DNA from: Alistipes sp. | GTDB taxonomy: Bacteria; Bacteroidota; Bacteroidia; Bacteroidales; Rikenellaceae | Length of the DNA: 64,000 nucleotides | Assembly (NCBI GenBank): GCA_017465605.1 | Contig: JAFTVW010000005.1 | Coordinates: forward strand, 73,074-137,073 | Direction: 5' to 3' | Shown: positions 54,594 through 64,000 of the stretch, one piece after another | How the letters are laid out: every line of letters begins with the position of its first letter | Numbering within the stretch: position 1 is the first letter of the stretch | The notes under the pieces: model-generated | Database searches by the model: none | What the model was told of the DNA's origin: nothing | Seen by the model: the letters and a program-made list of their open reading frames with translations, nothing else | Made by a program: the position numbers and the translations under genes

Positions 54594-57032
54594 ATGCGTC
54601 GAGCGATTCTCACAATACTATTGCTTTTCTCGGTTTCTTGCCTATGTGCGCAGCAGACCGAGCAGGATTATTATCTTTACAAGATAGATCCAGAACGCGA
54701 GACCATTGATGCAATAGATTCTGATACTACTCTATTTTATCTGCTTAGGCAGCACGATGGTGATTTGTATGGCGAGATAACCGATTATCGATTTGCGTTT
54801 GTCGATATGGCTCGTCGAGGTTTTGACTTTTACGAGCGAGGAGTGTGGTTAGATGGAATCACAATGCAGAGTAGTGATATTGCAATTCTGCGTCGATTGG
54901 GTCTTACGGAGTCTCGCACAAGTGGAATCTCTCCGAGTGACAATTATGCAAGTATAGCTGCTGGTAGCGATAATTTCTCGACGATGCAGGGTGTCCCGTT
55001 GTCGGAGGTAAATCTGGGTACATTCTTTTCGGGTAGAGGATATTTGGGAGGAGTTAGAGCAACGCTACATTCGATGATGAATCGCGGGTGGAGCATCTCT
55101 TTGCATACGCTTGTCAGAGGGGGCGACGATTTATATGTGGTAGGTGTGTTTAATAATTCGGTTGATTGTGGTTTGCGATTGGGTAAAGAGTTTGCATCGG
55201 GCGGCAATTTGTCTTTGCTTGTGTTGGCAAGATTGGGCGAGCGAGGTCTAAGATCGGGTAGCGTCAATGAGGTTTTTACCCTTACGGGAGATAATCTCTA
55301 CAATCCGAATTGGGGCCGTCAAAATGGAGAGGTGCGTAATTCACGAGTACGTCGTGATTACGTGCATTTTGCTATGTTGTCGTATGGCTCTGAGGTGGGT
55401 AAATCTACCAAAATGACACTTGCGGTAGGTGGTCGATATGCAGAGCGTAGTTACTCTACGTTGGGGTGGTATGGAGCGATGACTCCTCGTCCCGATAACT
55501 ATCGTTATTTGCCGAGCTATTTTGCCGATGAGTCGGTCGCACAGTCGGTTGCCGATGAGTGGCGTAGAGGCAATGAGCGATATACTCAGGTTGATTGGAA
55601 CGAGATGTATTATCAAAACGCAATGTCGAATCGTGGCGCAATATATGCTCTTGAAGAGCGAGTTGAGCGAGTTGCCAGAGCGGAGGTGTCGTTGAGATTC
55701 CAAAGTGATATAGCTAATGGTTTGTTGGTAAAGTATGGTTTGCGGGCAATGTATAACTCTTCCCGAAATTTCAAACGTTTGGGCGATATGCTTGGTGCAG
55801 CTTATCTTGACGATATAGATTACTATCTGATGGACGACGATACCTTCTCTCGCAATTTGCAAAATAATCTGCGTGATCCCAATCGGAGGGTGGGAGAGGG
55901 CGATAAGTTCTCTTATGATTATGCACTTTTGGAGATGGCGTATTCGGCTGATGCGGCGATTGAGTATAGGGCAGGTCATTGGCAACTCAACGCTTTGTTG
56001 CAGATTGCAAATCATTCGTTCCACCGCAAAGGCTATTACGAAAAGGAGATTTTTGCAGGTGACAACTCTTTTGGTCGTTCACGCGCAGAGAGTTTTGCTC
56101 CCTATGTTTTCAAGGCATTGGTGGGATATAATTTTTCGCCAAGTAGTATTTTTAATATTAGCGTAGCGGCTGCTGGAAAGTGTGCCGATGTGGAGGATAT
56201 GTTTTTGAATCCGGAGTATAATAATCGGTTTATTGATAATCCCGCGCTAGAATCACACCTTGCCGCAGAGTTGAATTATAAATATAGCTCCGATGCGGTG
56301 AATATGGTAGTTACTGCTTATGCCATATCACGACAGAATCAAACAAGTAGTCTGCGTACATATGACGATTTATCGGCCGAGTATTGTGATATGGTGATAT
56401 CGGATTTGGCCACGATGAGCTATGGAGCGGAGTTGGCCACAAAGATAAAATTATCACGTCGTCTTACTTTGTCGGCTGCTGTTGCGGCAGCACGTCATAT
56501 ATATACTGAAAATCCAATAATCAATCACTATTCCGATGCCGACAATAGTGTGATTTGTGAAAATTCAGAGAGTTTCGTGGGCGATTGTAATGTGGGTGGA
56601 GCTCCTCAACTGAGTGGTGTGATGGCGTTGAATTACCTCAATTATAGGGGTTGGGCTGCTTCGTGTAGTGTGCAGGCAGTTGCAGGCCGATATGCCGATG
56701 TGTCGTTTGTAAGGCGCACAGAGCGTGTGGCTCGTCAAGCCTCTGCATCGGAGGAGATATATCGGGAGTTTATGTCGCAACAACGACTCAATGACGCAGT
56801 AACTGTTGATGCCTCACTCTCGAAATGGTTTAATATCAGAGGTAAGCGTTTGTCGCTCACGCTTTCGGTTAGGAATCTTTTGGATAGCCGCGATATTGTG
56901 TATGGTGGTTATGAGCAGTTGCGCATTAGAAATTATATGAGTGCATCGCAACGAGTATATGCTCCGCTTCCAAACAACATCACATATTCCTATCCTCGTA
57001 CCTATTATGGCGTAGTGTCGTGGAAGTTCTAA
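54594..57032 (+). CDS. Large outer-membrane beta-barrel protein, TonB-dependent-receptor-like
   Basis: Signal peptide, a plug-like region (ERGVWLDGITM), a long alternating beta-strand region, and the terminal ...YYGVVSWKF. No canonical TonB box or SusD partner was recognised. Confidence 0.5.
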   Translation: MRRAILTILLLFSVSCLCAQQTEQDYYLYKIDPERETIDAIDSDTTLFYLLRQHDGDLYGEITDYRFAFVDMARRGFDFYERGVWLDGITMQSSDIAILRRLGLTESRTSGISPSDNYASIAAGSDNFSTMQGVPLSEVNLGTFFSGRGYLGGVRATLHSMMNRGWSISLHTLVRGGDDLYVVGVFNNSVDCGLRLGKEFASGGNLSLLVLARLGERGLRSGSVNEVFTLTGDNLYNPNWGRQNGEVRNSRVRRDYVHFAMLSYGSEVGKSTKMTLAVGGRYAERSYSTLGWYGAMTPRPDNYRYLPSYFADESVAQSVADEWRRGNERYTQVDWNEMYYQNAMSNRGAIYALEERVERVARAEVSLRFQSDIANGLLVKYGLRAMYNSSRNFKRLGDMLGAAYLDDIDYYLMDDDTFSRNLQNNLRDPNRRVGEGDKFSYDYALLEMAYSADAAIEYRAGHWQLNALLQIANHSFHRKGYYEKEIFAGDNSFGRSRAESFAPYVFKALVGYNFSPSSIFNISVAAAGKCADVEDMFLNPEYNNRFIDNPALESHLAAELNYKYSSDAVNMVVTAYAISRQNQTSSLRTYDDLSAEYCDMVISDLATMSYGAELATKIKLSRRLTLSAAVAAARHIYTENPIINHYSDADNSVICENSESFVGDCNVGGAPQLSGVMALNYLNYRGWAASCSVQAVAGRYADVSFVRRTERVARQASASEEIYREFMSQQRLNDAVTVDASLSKWFNIRGKRLSLTLSVRNLLDSRDIVYGGYEQLRIRNYMSASQRVYAPLPNNITYSYPRTYYGVVSWKF

Positions 57033-57067
57033 AATACCATAGTTTTGGCATATTGGCGGGAAAAATG

Positions 57068-57075
57068 TATCTTTG
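57068..57075 (+). promoter_or_regulatory. -7 box for obg
   Basis: tatctttg lies about 71 nt upstream of the ATG at 57147. Confidence 0.45.
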
Positions 57076-57146
57076 CGCAGTAAAGTGTTGCAAAACTTGG
57101 TGCAGCAGTAAATTGTAGATTGATAAACTCTGAAAAATAGTATAAT

Positions 57147-58160
57147 ATGGCAGGTTCAAACTTTGTCGATTATGTGAAAATATTTGCTCGCTCTGGTCAC
57201 GGAGGCGCAGGCTCTTGCCATTTCCGTCGTGAGAAATTTGTGGCATTTGGAGGCCCCGACGGAGGCGATGGAGGCAAGGGTGGTAGCATTGTGTTGGTGG
57301 GTGACCGTCAGTATTGGACACTCATTCACCTCAAATATCAGCGTCACCAGTTTGCCGAAGATGGTGAGAATGGTCACGGAGCTCGCTCGACGGGTAAAGA
57401 TGCCGAGGATATTGTGATTCCTGTACCATTGGGAACTGTTGCTCGCCGTTTGGTAGAGGACGAGGAGGGCAATACTTCGATTGAGTATGTTGGCGAAGTT
57501 ACCGAGCACGGTGAAAAACTTGTGCTATTGAAAGGTGGCCGAGGTGGTTTGGGTAACTGGCATTTTAAGAGTGCTACAAATCAAGCTCCACGATATGCGC
57601 AGCCCGGTGAGGAGGGCGACGAGGGTGCTTTTATTTTGGAGTTGAAGGTGTTGGCCGATGTGGGCTTGGTGGGATTCCCCAATGCGGGTAAGAGTACACT
57701 TTTGTCGGTTGTATCGGCGGCCAAGCCAAAGATTGCTAATTATGCATTTACGACCCTTGAACCCAATTTGGGAATTGTGGAGGTGCGTGACCATAAGTCA
57801 TTTGTGATGGCTGATATTCCGGGTATTATCGAGGGAGCTCACGAGGGTAAAGGCTTGGGAACTCGATTCTTACGCCACATTGAGCGCAACTCGGTATTGC
57901 TGTTTATGGTACCAGCCGATAGCGATGATTTGGCTAAGGAGTATGAAATTTTGTTGGGTGAGCTTACACAGTATAATCCCGAACTATTGGATAAACAACG
58001 TCTTTTGGCAATCACCAAATGCGATATGTTAGACGAGGAGTTGATTGAACAGATGCGTCCATCATTGCCAGAGGGTATTCCTTCGGTATTTATTTCGTCG
58101 GTGGCAAATATGAATATCGCTAAACTTAAAGATATGCTTTGGGAAGCATTGCAGAAGTAG
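57147..58160 (+). CDS. obg: GTPase ObgE/CgtA
   Basis: An Obg fold ([28 protein letters not shown]), plus the G1 motif [18 protein letters not shown] and TKCD motifs. Confidence 0.96.
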   Translation: MAGSNFVDYVKIFARSGHGGAGSCHFRREKFVAFGGPDGGDGGKGGSIVLVGDRQYWTLIHLKYQRHQFAEDGENGHGARSTGKDAEDIVIPVPLGTVARRLVEDEEGNTSIEYVGEVTEHGEKLVLLKGGRGGLGNWHFKSATNQAPRYAQPGEEGDEGAFILELKVLADVGLVGFPNAGKSTLLSVVSAAKPKIANYAFTTLEPNLGIVEVRDHKSFVMADIPGIIEGAHEGKGLGTRFLRHIERNSVLLFMVPADSDDLAKEYEILLGELTQYNPELLDKQRLLAITKCDMLDEELIEQMRPSLPEGIPSVFISSVANMNIAKLKDMLWEALQK

Positions 58161-58219
58161 CTATATTTTGGCGAATGGATTTTGCCCAAATTGATTCAAC
58201 TGCAAATCGTATATAGCCG

Positions 58220-59008
58220 TTACTCTCTAAAATCGAATTGTCGATTGACAACGCGAAGAGAGTAGCGGTTATTCTGTTTTTCAATGATGCCTCGTATTCG
58301 TCCTCGACCTTTGGGAAGTGTCTCATTGGCATAACTGCATTGAGCAATTGTTCTAACCAAAATCGAGTTGCCTTGCTTGTCGTAGAGTTCTCTTTCGGTT
58401 GTTATTGGCTTGCCCGTTTCGGAATCAGTATCACACCACCTGTGCGAGCCATCTTCGCTAAATGCGACATCTTCTATTTCGATATAATTTCCTATCAGCG
58501 TCGGTGAGATTTCGGGAATAGTTGTCCGAGTAGGCTCGATTACCTGTGCCGAAAGCTTGTCTATCGAAAAATGCCGAGCAAGGTCACTCTCCTTGATGCG
58601 GCCAACTGCGTAATCGTCAGATGCAGAGCCAAGCATAACACGCCCAGCATAGTTGCCGATAGTGAGCGATGTGCAATGTACAATCACTTTTGTCGCATTT
58701 GGAAATACTTTTGCGGTGGAGCGAAGGTCTAACGAAATCTCCACACCTCCACTCTTGTCGCAGAGTACAATGCTCTTATAGAACTCTCCATAAAGGTCAT
58801 TGGCAACCACAAATCCCTCGATTGATATATCTTCTGTAATGGTGCGCGATTCGCTTGTGGCTAATGTCTTTAAGTGTGCTATGGTGATAAGCCCCTGTGG
58901 CTTGTCAGAATAAGCGGGAACAGGGTTATCCTTGCTGCAACCGCATAGTAAAGCCAAAGCGATTGGCAGATGGCGTAGTATATGTTTAATTAACAGATTT
59001 GCAGTCAT
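58220..59008 (-). CDS. Lipoprotein of unknown function, paralog of the upstream gene (OB-fold/DUF5689-like by pattern; low certainty)
   Basis: Lipobox LLCGC. It shares blocks with its neighbour (ITIAHLKTL..IEGFVVANDLYGEFYKSIVL, SYANETLP..IRGII). Confidence 0.55.
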   Translation of the reverse strand: MTANLLIKHILRHLPIALALLCGCSKDNPVPAYSDKPQGLITIAHLKTLATSESRTITEDISIEGFVVANDLYGEFYKSIVLCDKSGGVEISLDLRSTAKVFPNATKVIVHCTSLTIGNYAGRVMLGSASDDYAVGRIKESDLARHFSIDKLSAQVIEPTRTTIPEISPTLIGNYIEIEDVAFSEDGSHRWCDTDSETGKPITTERELYDKQGNSILVRTIAQCSYANETLPKGRGRIRGIIEKQNNRYSLRVVNRQFDFRE

Positions 59009-59774
59009 TCTTATCTCGCATCTTAATCATAAACATCTCTTGCGACCCCAACTTCCCATATTGCAATATTCCTGTTATGGCAACCTTCGCATCGGGTAGT
59101 TTGTCGTTGGCATAGCTGGCGTAGTTGGAGGTGTAAACCGCAATCATATTGCCGTTGTCATCGGCAAATAAGTTGTACCCCGACCACTCACCATCTTCAT
59201 TCAAGTTAAATATCTCTTTGTATTTGTCGTTTACGTTGTGTAATGCCCCAATCGAAACCAAACGACCACAATCTGCTTGCTGAAAATCTTTTATGGCGTA
59301 TGGTTTTGGCGAAATTGGATTCCTTACATCGTAGCGGGTAACGTGCCTATTGAGTAGCACGCGCGATGCGAAATATTCGGTGGGATAGTTGCTATATGAT
59401 TCGGCCTTTCGACCAACCTGCAATACTCCAAAGTGCGTTGCTATGTAACAATCTTTCAATTTGAGCGTCACATAGTAACCCTCGGGATAGATGTTGTGTA
59501 GGTCGTATAGGCCAGCCATAACCTCGATTGCCGAGGTTGCATCTTCGATGATGAAAGTTTTGTAGAAATTTGAAGCCTTGTCGTTTGATGTGATGTATCC
59601 ACCAACGATGAGCGACTCCTCGATATATACGTTCCTGCCATAGACTAATTTGCGAAGGTCGGCAATGGCGATATTTGTAGCTTCTGGTACTGCGCTTTGA
59701 GGTGGCGGGGAGTCAATTTCTCCGCAACAGCTTAATGTAAGTGACAATATAATAAGAAGTATTAATTGGAGCAT
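58986..59774 (-). CDS. Lipoprotein of unknown function, paralog of the downstream gene
   Basis: Lipobox LSCCG, with the blocks IAIADLRKL..VGGYITSNDKASNFYKTFII and SYANDKLP..ITGIL. It is also 262 aa and overlaps the next gene by 23 nt. Confidence 0.55.
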   Translation of the reverse strand: MLQLILLIILSLTLSCCGEIDSPPPQSAVPEATNIAIADLRKLVYGRNVYIEESLIVGGYITSNDKASNFYKTFIIEDATSAIEVMAGLYDLHNIYPEGYYVTLKLKDCYIATHFGVLQVGRKAESYSNYPTEYFASRVLLNRHVTRYDVRNPISPKPYAIKDFQQADCGRLVSIGALHNVNDKYKEIFNLNEDGEWSGYNLFADDNGNMIAVYTSNYASYANDKLPDAKVAITGILQYGKLGSQEMFMIKMRDKNDCKSVN

Positions 59775-59895
59775 TGCCTATGGATTTTATTGTTTGTTTG
59801 TGTAAAGATAGCACAAAGTTCCGATTTTTACCCAAAAGGTGTACACTAAAAATCGATTTCCTGCCTTGTATGGTGGCATATTCACTGAAAAATGC

Positions 59896-59903
59896 TAATT
59901 TTG
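59896..59903 (+). promoter_or_regulatory. -7 box for argS
   Basis: taattttg lies 44 nt upstream of the ATG at 59948. Confidence 0.45.
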
Positions 59904-59947
59904 CAAAGCAAAATGTTCAATCAAGAAATAAGAGTAAAATATTATAT

Positions 59948-61726
59948 ATGAATACCGAGATTTTTATTTCACAAATTGTGGCCTCAACAGTCGAGGCATT
60001 GTATGGCGCAGTGAATCCCGCGCAGTTGCAAATTCAAAAGACCCGCAAGGAGTTTGAGGGTGATTATACGTTGGTGACGTTTCCTCTTTTGAAGATGAGC
60101 CGTAAGTCTCCCGAGGCTACTGCTACCGAAATTGGAGAGCATATCGTTGCAAACAACCCTCAGATTAGTGGGTTCAATGTAATCAAGGGCTTCCTGAATT
60201 TGTCAATCGCTCCATCTTTCTGGTCTGAGTGTTTCGCGGAGGTTGTTGCAAACAAGAATTTTGGTCAGGCAGAGCCTTCGGGTCGTACCATTATGATTGA
60301 GTACTCTTCGCCTAATACCAATAAACCTCTCCATTTGGGTCATATCCGTAACAATTTGTTGGGTTACTCTGTGGCGCAGATTCTCAAAGCCAATGGTCAC
60401 AATGTAATCAAAGTTAACTTGGTGAATGATAGAGGTATTCATATCTGCAAGTCGATGCTCGCTTGGCAGTTGTATGGTCAGGGCGAGACTCCTCAATCTT
60501 CGGGTATGAAGGGCGACCACTTGGTGGGCAAATATTATGTTGAGTTCGATAAGCACTACAAGGAGCAGATTAAAGAGCTGGTTGCTGGTGGTATGAGCGA
60601 GGACGAGGCTAAGAAACAGGCTCCTATAATGTTGCAGGCACAGGAGATGTTACGTAAGTGGGAGGCTAAGGACGCTGATGTTTATGAGTTGTGGCAGACT
60701 ATGAATGGCTGGGTTTACGATGGCTTCGATGTTACCTATAAGGCTTTGGGCGTTGATTTCGATAAGGTATATTATGAGTCGCAGACCTATCTTTTGGGTA
60801 AGAGCCTTGTTCAAGATGGTTTGGACAAGGGCGTATTCTTCCGTAAGGAGGATAACTCGGTATGGATTGACCTTGCAGCCGATGGCTTGGATCAGAAGTT
60901 GTTGCTTAGAGGTGATGGTACATCGGTATATATGACTCAGGATTTGGGTACTGCACTCAGCCGTTTCGAGGAGAATAAGCTCGACGATATGATTTATGTT
61001 GTGGGTAATGAGCAGAATTACCACTTCCAAGTTTTGAAGCTCGTTTTGAAGAAGTTGGGCTACGATTGGAGCGATAATATCTATCACCTCTCTTATGGAA
61101 TGGTGGAGCTTCCAGAGGGCAAGATGAAGTCGCGTGAGGGTACTGTTGTCGATGCCGACGATTTGATTGCCGATATGGTCGATACTGCTCGTGAGATGTC
61201 TAACGAGTTGGGTAAGTTGGACGGCTGCACCGATGAGGAGGCAAATGCTATCTGTAATATGGTTGGTCTGGGAGCTTTGAAGTATTTTATTTTGAAAGTA
61301 GATCCCAAGAAGACAATGCTCTTCGACCCACGCGAGTCAATTGACTTCAACGGAAATACTGGCCCATTTATCCAATATACTCACGCTCGTATATGCTCAA
61401 TTTTGCGTAAGGCTGACGAGGCAGGTATTGACTATTCATCGCACGCTTGCACTGAACTTCTGCCCGAGGAGATTGAGATTATCAAGTCGCTTACAGAGTT
61501 CCCAAGCATTGTAAATTCTGCTGCTGAGAGCTTCTCTCCATCTGTTATTGCTGCTTATGCGTATGATTTGGCCAAGACCTTCAACGGCTACTATCACGAC
61601 CACTCAATCCTTCGCGAGGAGGACGTCGAGAAGCGTCGTATGCGTGTGATGTTGGCTTCGCAGGTTGCGCGTGTGATTAGTCGAGCAATGAAGTTGTTGG
61701 GTATTGATGTCCCACAACGTATGTAA
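59948..61726 (+). CDS. argS: Arginine--tRNA ligase
   Basis: SSPNTNKPLHLGHIRN (HIGH motif), an MSTR-like KMKSREG, and the C-terminal anticodon-binding domain ending in M. The start was set at ATG 59948. Confidence 0.95.
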   Translation: MNTEIFISQIVASTVEALYGAVNPAQLQIQKTRKEFEGDYTLVTFPLLKMSRKSPEATATEIGEHIVANNPQISGFNVIKGFLNLSIAPSFWSECFAEVVANKNFGQAEPSGRTIMIEYSSPNTNKPLHLGHIRNNLLGYSVAQILKANGHNVIKVNLVNDRGIHICKSMLAWQLYGQGETPQSSGMKGDHLVGKYYVEFDKHYKEQIKELVAGGMSEDEAKKQAPIMLQAQEMLRKWEAKDADVYELWQTMNGWVYDGFDVTYKALGVDFDKVYYESQTYLLGKSLVQDGLDKGVFFRKEDNSVWIDLAADGLDQKLLLRGDGTSVYMTQDLGTALSRFEENKLDDMIYVVGNEQNYHFQVLKLVLKKLGYDWSDNIYHLSYGMVELPEGKMKSREGTVVDADDLIADMVDTAREMSNELGKLDGCTDEEANAICNMVGLGALKYFILKVDPKKTMLFDPRESIDFNGNTGPFIQYTHARICSILRKADEAGIDYSSHACTELLPEEIEIIKSLTEFPSIVNSAAESFSPSVIAAYAYDLAKTFNGYYHDHSILREEDVEKRRMRVMLASQVARVISRAMKLLGIDVPQRM

Positions 61727-61770
61727 GAAACGGCTTATAATCATTTTAACCAAATAAAAATGACCTAAAT

Positions 61771-62772
61771 ATGAGAATCGTATTTTTGATATTGAGTGCC
61801 GTAGGGTTGGTATTAAGTTCTTGTGTGAGTGTCGGCGGCGATAGCTATACTGCAACCTACACTAACCCTGTTATTGACAATAACGCACCAGACCCAACTG
61901 TTATCCGCGCCAAAGACGGAACTTTCTATGCCTATGCTACTTGGCGCAATAAGAATTTACCTGTCTATAAATCAACCGATATGGTGAATTGGGAGTATTT
62001 GGGAGGTGCATTCGAGCAGGATAAAGTGCCTATGTATGTTGAGAATGGAGCTATCTGGGCCCCAGATATCAACTATATCGAAGGAAAATACGTTCTCTAT
62101 TTTTCGGAGTCACGTTGGGGAGCTCATTGGGAGTCTTGCATTTGCCGAGCGGTGTCGGATAAACCCGAGGGCCCATATACTAATCCTAAAAGGTTGTTTG
62201 GCTCGAAAGATGTGGGTGTAGAAAACTCTATTGACCCTGTAATATTCCAAGAGAAAGGACGCAAATATTTGGCGTGGGGCAGTTTCTTCGGAATCTATAT
62301 TACAGAACTTTCTGACGATGGCTTAGAAGTGATAGATTTGAAGGATATCACTCGTATTGCGGGTAATGCATTCGAGGGCACATATATCCACAAGCACGGT
62401 AATTATTACTATCTTTTTGCTTCGGTTGGTCGTTGTTGCGAAGGCTTGAACAGTACATATCAAACTGTTGTGGCCCGTAGTGAATCGCTATATGGGCCTT
62501 ATGTTGATAAGCAGGGTCGTAAGATGTTGGATAACCATTATGAGATTCTTTTGACAAGTGATTCACACGTTAAAGGGCCAGGCCACAATTCGCAGATTAT
62601 CACTGATGATAAGGGTCAAGATTGGATTTTCTATCACGGTTACGATGTTAACGCTCCAAATGCTGGTCGTAAGATGTATATGGATAGGGTGGTTTGGATT
62701 GATGGTTGGCCACAAATTACTCTCGATAAGAACCCTTCGGTAACAAGCGTTGCTCCGTATATAAAGAAGTAA
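61771..62772 (+). CDS. Glycoside hydrolase family 43 lipoprotein (arabinanase/xylosidase-type five-bladed propeller)
   Basis: Lipobox LSSC, then NPVIDNNAPDPTVI, WAPDINYIEGKYVLYFS and EGTYIHKHGNYYYLFAS. Confidence 0.85.
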   Translation: MRIVFLILSAVGLVLSSCVSVGGDSYTATYTNPVIDNNAPDPTVIRAKDGTFYAYATWRNKNLPVYKSTDMVNWEYLGGAFEQDKVPMYVENGAIWAPDINYIEGKYVLYFSESRWGAHWESCICRAVSDKPEGPYTNPKRLFGSKDVGVENSIDPVIFQEKGRKYLAWGSFFGIYITELSDDGLEVIDLKDITRIAGNAFEGTYIHKHGNYYYLFASVGRCCEGLNSTYQTVVARSESLYGPYVDKQGRKMLDNHYEILLTSDSHVKGPGHNSQIITDDKGQDWIFYHGYDVNAPNAGRKMYMDRVVWIDGWPQITLDKNPSVTSVAPYIKK

Positions 62773-62800
62773 TTATCTTTGGACTGATATGTAAAAGAAG

Positions 62801-62954
62801 CTGTCTAACAAGGCTCTTTTGTTGTTTCTCTTGCCCTCAAAATCCTCACATACCCATAGTATGCTGCGGTTTGTCGGGCTTCGAGGGCCTAAAAATAGCT
62901 CTTGTTATACAACTTCTGAGATAGATGTGGTTGTCCGACAAACTTGTTGGACAG
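62801..62954. repeat. Single copy of the structured repeat family, bounded by 12-bp terminal inverted repeats (MITE-like)
   Basis: Left end ctgtctaacaag (62801-62812), right end cttgttggacag (62943-62954), and the core caaaatcctcacatacccatagtatgctgcgg. Confidence 0.7.
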
Positions 62955-62965
62955 CCGTTTTTTGT
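62929..62965. terminator. Terminator hairpin between convergent GH43 and phosphoesterase genes
   Basis: 12-bp stem ggttgtccgaca/tgttggacagcc (two G-U pairs) followed by a T6 run. Confidence 0.6.
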
Positions 62966-63025
62966 ATCATAACGTTTGTGTTATCCGCTTATATTTTGCA
63001 ATTGAATTTTACTTGCAATTAGCTT

Positions 63026-63859
63026 TTATTCGATTGATTGCGGAATATCGTCAACAGCGTAATATGTGGCCTCTGCAACGCCACTTTTGATTGTGATAAT
63101 CTCTACTCCCGATTTTGTCTGACCAAAGGGACGACCTGCTGGGCCTGCGGTTACAAATTTTATATCCTTGTATTGACCTTGTGCGCAGTAGTGCAGATGT
63201 CCCGATAATACGAGGTCCACACCATATTGCTCAAATAGAGCCAGATATTTTTTTCTTAACTCGACTCCAATGTTCTCGTATCTCTCGGCTTCATTAGGAT
63301 CGCTTAAAAACATAGGGTGGTGTGCCACTAAGATTATAGGTTTGTTCTTGCGAGCGCGCTTTAATACTTTTTCTATCCAAGCATACTCATCAGCTTCGGC
63401 CGCGGTAGCAGCCTTTATTACGCACGAATTATAGCCAATTACGGTGTAATCTTTGGCTTTGTGAACAAAACGGTCGTGGCCGTAGCGGTCGATAAATGCT
63501 GCGACATTCTCGGCTGGTGCGTGGTGATCTACATCGTGATTTCCTGGGACATAATATAAAGGAATCTTTTTGTCAAACTCTCCACGCATCTTTTTGAATC
63601 CTTCGAGCATACTTGCGTTGTCCCACCAATTTACTAAATCACCAGAAAAAACCACAAAGTCGGGTTGGAGATTGTTCACCTTCTCGGTGATGCGTTTCAT
63701 AAGCTCTACTTCGGCCGAGAAGTCCTGCGTATTGGTTATAAAACCGAGCTGTGGGTCGGAGATTTGAACAAAGAATGGAGTCCGTTTTTGCGCAAATGAG
63801 ACGGTCGCTATTGCTAAGAATGTCAACAATAGAAATAGTTTAGATAGGCGTGTTAGCAT
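63026..63859 (-). CDS. Secreted metallophosphoesterase (calcineurin-like)
   Basis: SDPQLG, GDLVNW, GNHD, VAHHP and GHLH motifs. The start was set at ATG 63859 (MLTRLSKLFLLL signal peptide). Confidence 0.8.
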   Translation of the reverse strand: MLTRLSKLFLLLTFLAIATVSFAQKRTPFFVQISDPQLGFITNTQDFSAEVELMKRITEKVNNLQPDFVVFSGDLVNWWDNASMLEGFKKMRGEFDKKIPLYYVPGNHDVDHHAPAENVAAFIDRYGHDRFVHKAKDYTVIGYNSCVIKAATAAEADEYAWIEKVLKRARKNKPIILVAHHPMFLSDPNEAERYENIGVELRKKYLALFEQYGVDLVLSGHLHYCAQGQYKDIKFVTAGPAGRPFGQTKSGVEIITIKSGVAEATYYAVDDIPQSIE

Positions 63860-63927
63860 AATCGTAGATGTTTTGTTTACCAAATATACGAATTAATTGT
63901 AAATGTGGAAGAGGTACAATAAAATAA

Positions 63928-64000
63928 GTTATCTAACAGAGCGTTTTTTGCGTTGCGATTGCCCTCAAAAGTCCTTTTACGCAGTGTGAATTCCGCTTTT
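63928..64000. repeat. Partial copy of the repeat family (variant type), truncated by the window end
   Basis: gttatctaacagagcg...gccctcaaaagtccttttacgcagtgtgaattccgctttt. It resembles unit 2 of the 38036-38262 locus. Confidence 0.6.

Overview
This is a 64-kb stretch of a Bacteroidales chromosome, Prevotellaceae-like. The taxon call rests on three signals: recurrent TAnnTTTG -7 promoter boxes, A-rich leaders without Shine-Dalgarno sequences, and lipoprotein and TonB-receptor-rich gene content. All family calls come from reading motifs in the supplied translations; no BLAST, HMM or folding program was run.

The window is mostly core housekeeping:
- Central metabolism and RNA/DNA enzymes: the PFOR (nifJ) C-terminus, rlmI, a 3'-5' exonuclease and recQ.
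- A co-directional DNA-topology and cell-envelope block: plsC, parE-parC, aroK, murI, ftsK, a lolA-like gene and gyrA.
- Two tRNA-Pro genes.
- Tryptophanase, meaB, and a methylmalonyl-CoA epimerase followed by a complete Na+-pumping methylmalonyl-CoA decarboxylase operon.
- rplM-rpsI-rpsB-tsf, msrC-like, pepD, obg, argS, a GH43 and a metallophosphoesterase.

No integrase, transposase, CRISPR array, prophage or recognisable defence system was seen.

Observations worth follow-up:
1. A tightly packed operon at 6.6-10.2 kb: a PqqD-like (RRE) protein, a Cys/His-rich membrane-anchored protein, a TonB-dependent receptor and a periplasmic HMA protein. It looks like a metal or metallophore uptake module with an unexplained peptide-chaperone component.
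2. A mirror-image pair of near-identical ECF-type promoters (TGTAACC-N16-CGTCTAAA). They sit between an ECF sigma/anti-sigma operon and a divergent multi-TM gene.
3. A structured about 110-120 bp intergenic repeat family. It occurs as a 3.3x tandem array and at three further loci, one with MITE-like terminal inverted repeats.
4. A duplicated terminator plus tRNA-Pro 3' fragment next to the tRNA-Pro pair.
5. A plus-strand gene string: SPFH, RHH, a Cys-rich micro-ORF, three dissimilar 4-TM proteins, a sirtuin, and (ATGA-overlapped) a signal-less L,D-transpeptidase-fold protein.
6. Three paralogous EEP-family lipoproteins and a pair of overlapping paralogous lipoproteins.
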